Source of the DNA: an uncultured Chloroflexia bacterium
GTDB taxonomy: Bacteria; Chloroflexota; Limnocylindria; QHBO01
Assembly (NCBI GenBank): GCA_963840145.1
Contig: CAWIXR010000001.1
Location: 42,327-106,326 of the forward strand
Reading direction: 5' to 3'
DNA: 64,000 nucleotides
Position 1 is the first letter of the stretch; the number at the start of each line of letters is the position of its first letter. This document shows, in pieces, positions 58,101 to 61,100 of this stretch. Made by a program: the position numbers and the translations under genes. The notes below the pieces were generated by a model, which searched no databases, had not been told where the DNA came from, and worked only from the letters and a program-made list of their open reading frames with translations.

Positions 58101-61100
58101 TGCGGCGGCTACGCCCTGATCGTCGGCGCGCCCGGCATCACGATCGACCTCGACGGGCACGTCCTCGACGGCCTCGGGCTCGACGCCGGCGTCCTGAACA
58201 ACGGGCATGACGACGTCACGATCAAGAACGGGCTCATCACCCAGTTCCTGTACGGCGTCCAGCTCAACGCGGGCACCGCGCGCAACGTCGTGCACTCGCT
58301 GCGGCTCGAGGCGAACGAGGAGGCGGCGATCGCCCTCTCCGACGCCGACCAGGGCGCCGACGGCAACCTGATCCGCGACAACTCGATCGTCGGCAACGAG
58401 GTCGGCATCGCCCTCTACACCGGGACGCGGCACGCCGTGATCCGCAACAACGACCTGGGCGCCAACCAGGGCGAGGGCGGCATCTATCTCGAGTTCGCCA
58501 GCGACAACCTCATCGAGCACAACGAGATCTCGATGAGCGGCGGCGGCGGCATCTTCATGATCGGCGGCGGCAACAACGTCGTCACCGACAACGTGCTCAA
58601 GGAGAACGGCGGCTACGGGATCGTGGCCGGCGAGGAGCTGCTGCCCTCCAACAACAACCTCATCCAGCGCAACGAGGTCGAGGGCGGCCAGGGCGGCGTC
58701 CTCGTCGGCGGCAACAACAACACCGTCATCAACAACTCGATCACCGGCGTGACGGGCCCCGGCGTCGCCGTCGAGCTCGCCAACAACACCCTGGTCAAGG
58801 GCAACGACTTCATGGGCAGCGCCGGCGGCGTCTCGGTCGGCGAGGCGAACGGCACGACGATCGTCGCCAACAACGCCAGCGGCACGCTGGGCGCGGGCAT
58901 CGAGATCGGCGAGCTGTCGCTCGACACGATCGTCCGCGACAACACGGCCAGCGGTAACGGCGGCGCCGGCATCGAGATCACCGAGTCCTCCGTCCTCGAT
59001 CGCGGCTCGCTCGTCGAGAACAACACGGCCGACGCCAACGGCGGCGACGGCATCTACGTCGAGGGCGCCGGTCACCGCGTCGTGAACAACGAGGCCAAGC
59101 TGAACGGCGGATGGGGCATCTACTCCGTCGGCGCCGTCGATGGCGGAGGCAACCTCGCCGCGGGCAACATGGAGCCCGAGCAGTGCTTCGGCATCGTCTG
59201 CGAGCTCGGCACGGTCCCCGGCGCTCCGGAGACCTGGATCATCGCCAAGCCGGCCGACTGGAACGCGGGCGTCGAGGGCGTCCAGAGCCCGAGCCGCAAC
59301 GTCAGCTTCACGTACATGGCCTCGGACGACTTCTCGCCGATCACCGACATCGTCTTCGAGTGCCGTCTCGACAACGACAACCCGCTCGCGTGGGAGGACT
59401 GCGAGTACCCCGCCGAGTACCTGAACCTCGGTCCGGGCACCCACAAGTTCGAGGTCCGCGCGATCGACATGCTGGGCCAGGGCCTGGCCGATCCCACGCC
59501 GGCCGTGTTCGAGTGGGCGTACGAGCCGCTGCCGAGCGGCGTCGCGCCCGAGGTGACGATCGACGTCACCCCGGTCGACACCGACCCGCTGAAGCCCGGC
59601 GTGCAGACGTGGATGGTCGACTCGATCTTCACCTTCTCCGCGAACGAGCCCGACGTCACCTTCCAGTGCAAGGTCGACGCGAACGGCTACGAGCCGTGCG
59701 GGTTCGAGGCGGCGCAGTTCATGAACCAGGGCGCCTTCGAGTGGGGCCTGAACGAGACCGAGGTCGGGAACCACACCTTCTTCGTCCGCGCCATCGACTT
59801 CGAGGGCAACGTCAGCGCGCCTGAGACCTTCGTCTGGGAGCTGCTCGGCGTCAACGTCGTCTTCACGAGCGGCCCGGGCTTCACCCCGGCCACCGGCGGC
59901 CCGGCGGGCGACCCCGCCACCGGCGGCATGACCTCCAGCACCTCGGCGATGATCGAGTTCGAGGCCAACGTCGGCGACGCGACCTTCTGGTGCCGGTTCG
60001 ACAGCATCGATCCGGGCGGGTACTTCCCGTGCGAGTCGCCGTTCCTGGCCGGGCCGGCCTTCGCCGCCCAGACGGAGTTCCCGGAGCCGCTGCTGGCCGG
60101 CGACCACACCCTCGAGGTGTACGGCGAGTCCGAGCTCTACGGCTCGGCGGCCGAGCTCGAGCCCGCGATCTACGAGTGGGAGGTCGTCGACCCGGTTGAC
60201 GGCAGCCCGCCCAACACGACGATCGAGCGCGCCCCGGCGGGCCAGGTCACCAACCCGGACAACACGCTGAGCTCCACGACGTTCGAGTTCGTCGGTCTCG
60301 ACGACCTCACGCCGGACTTCCTGCTCCTGTTCGAGTGCCAGGTCACCAACGGCACCGAGCTGCCCAACGAGCTCGAGTGGATCGAGTGCACGAGCCCGTT
60401 CAACCTGCTCGACGTCTACTCGTACGCCGATCCGCAGATGGCAATCGGCGTGGAGCACACCTTCTGGGTGCGCGCCGTCGATACCTTCGAGCCGGAGTTC
60501 CCGGATCCGACGCAGCCCGAGTTCGAGGGCAACCCCGATCCGACCCCGGACTTCCACACCTGGACGCCGATCGCCGACACGCGCGGCCCGATCACCACGA
60601 TCTCCGCCGGACCGGCGAATGGCGCCACCGTCGGTGAGGAGGTCGAGCCGTACATGTTCTTCGGCCTCGACGACGCGACCCCGCTGCACCTGCTCACGTT
60701 CGAGTGCCAGGCCTACGTCACGGCGGCCGGCCCCGACCCGCAGGGCTGGGAGACGTGCGAGACCACGGTCGACAGCGGCTGGGAGCTCAGCGTGCCTGAG
60801 CCGGGCGCCTACACCGTCGCGATCCGCGCCACCGACATGGCCAACAACGTGGGCATCGCCGCCACGCGACTCGTGACCGTCGCGGCCGCCCCCGTCGTGA
60901 CCTTCATCACCGGCCCGGCCGGCCGGCTCGATCCGGTCTCCGGCGAGCCCGACGGCGCCAGCCAGACCGAGAACGCGGTCTTCACCTTCACCTCAGACCA
61001 GCCCGGCTCGACGTTCGAGTGCTCCTTCGAGGGCGACTTCCTGCCCTGCGGCGGCCTCAGCGACCCGGCGACGGGCGCGGCATGGGTCGTCGAGACCGGC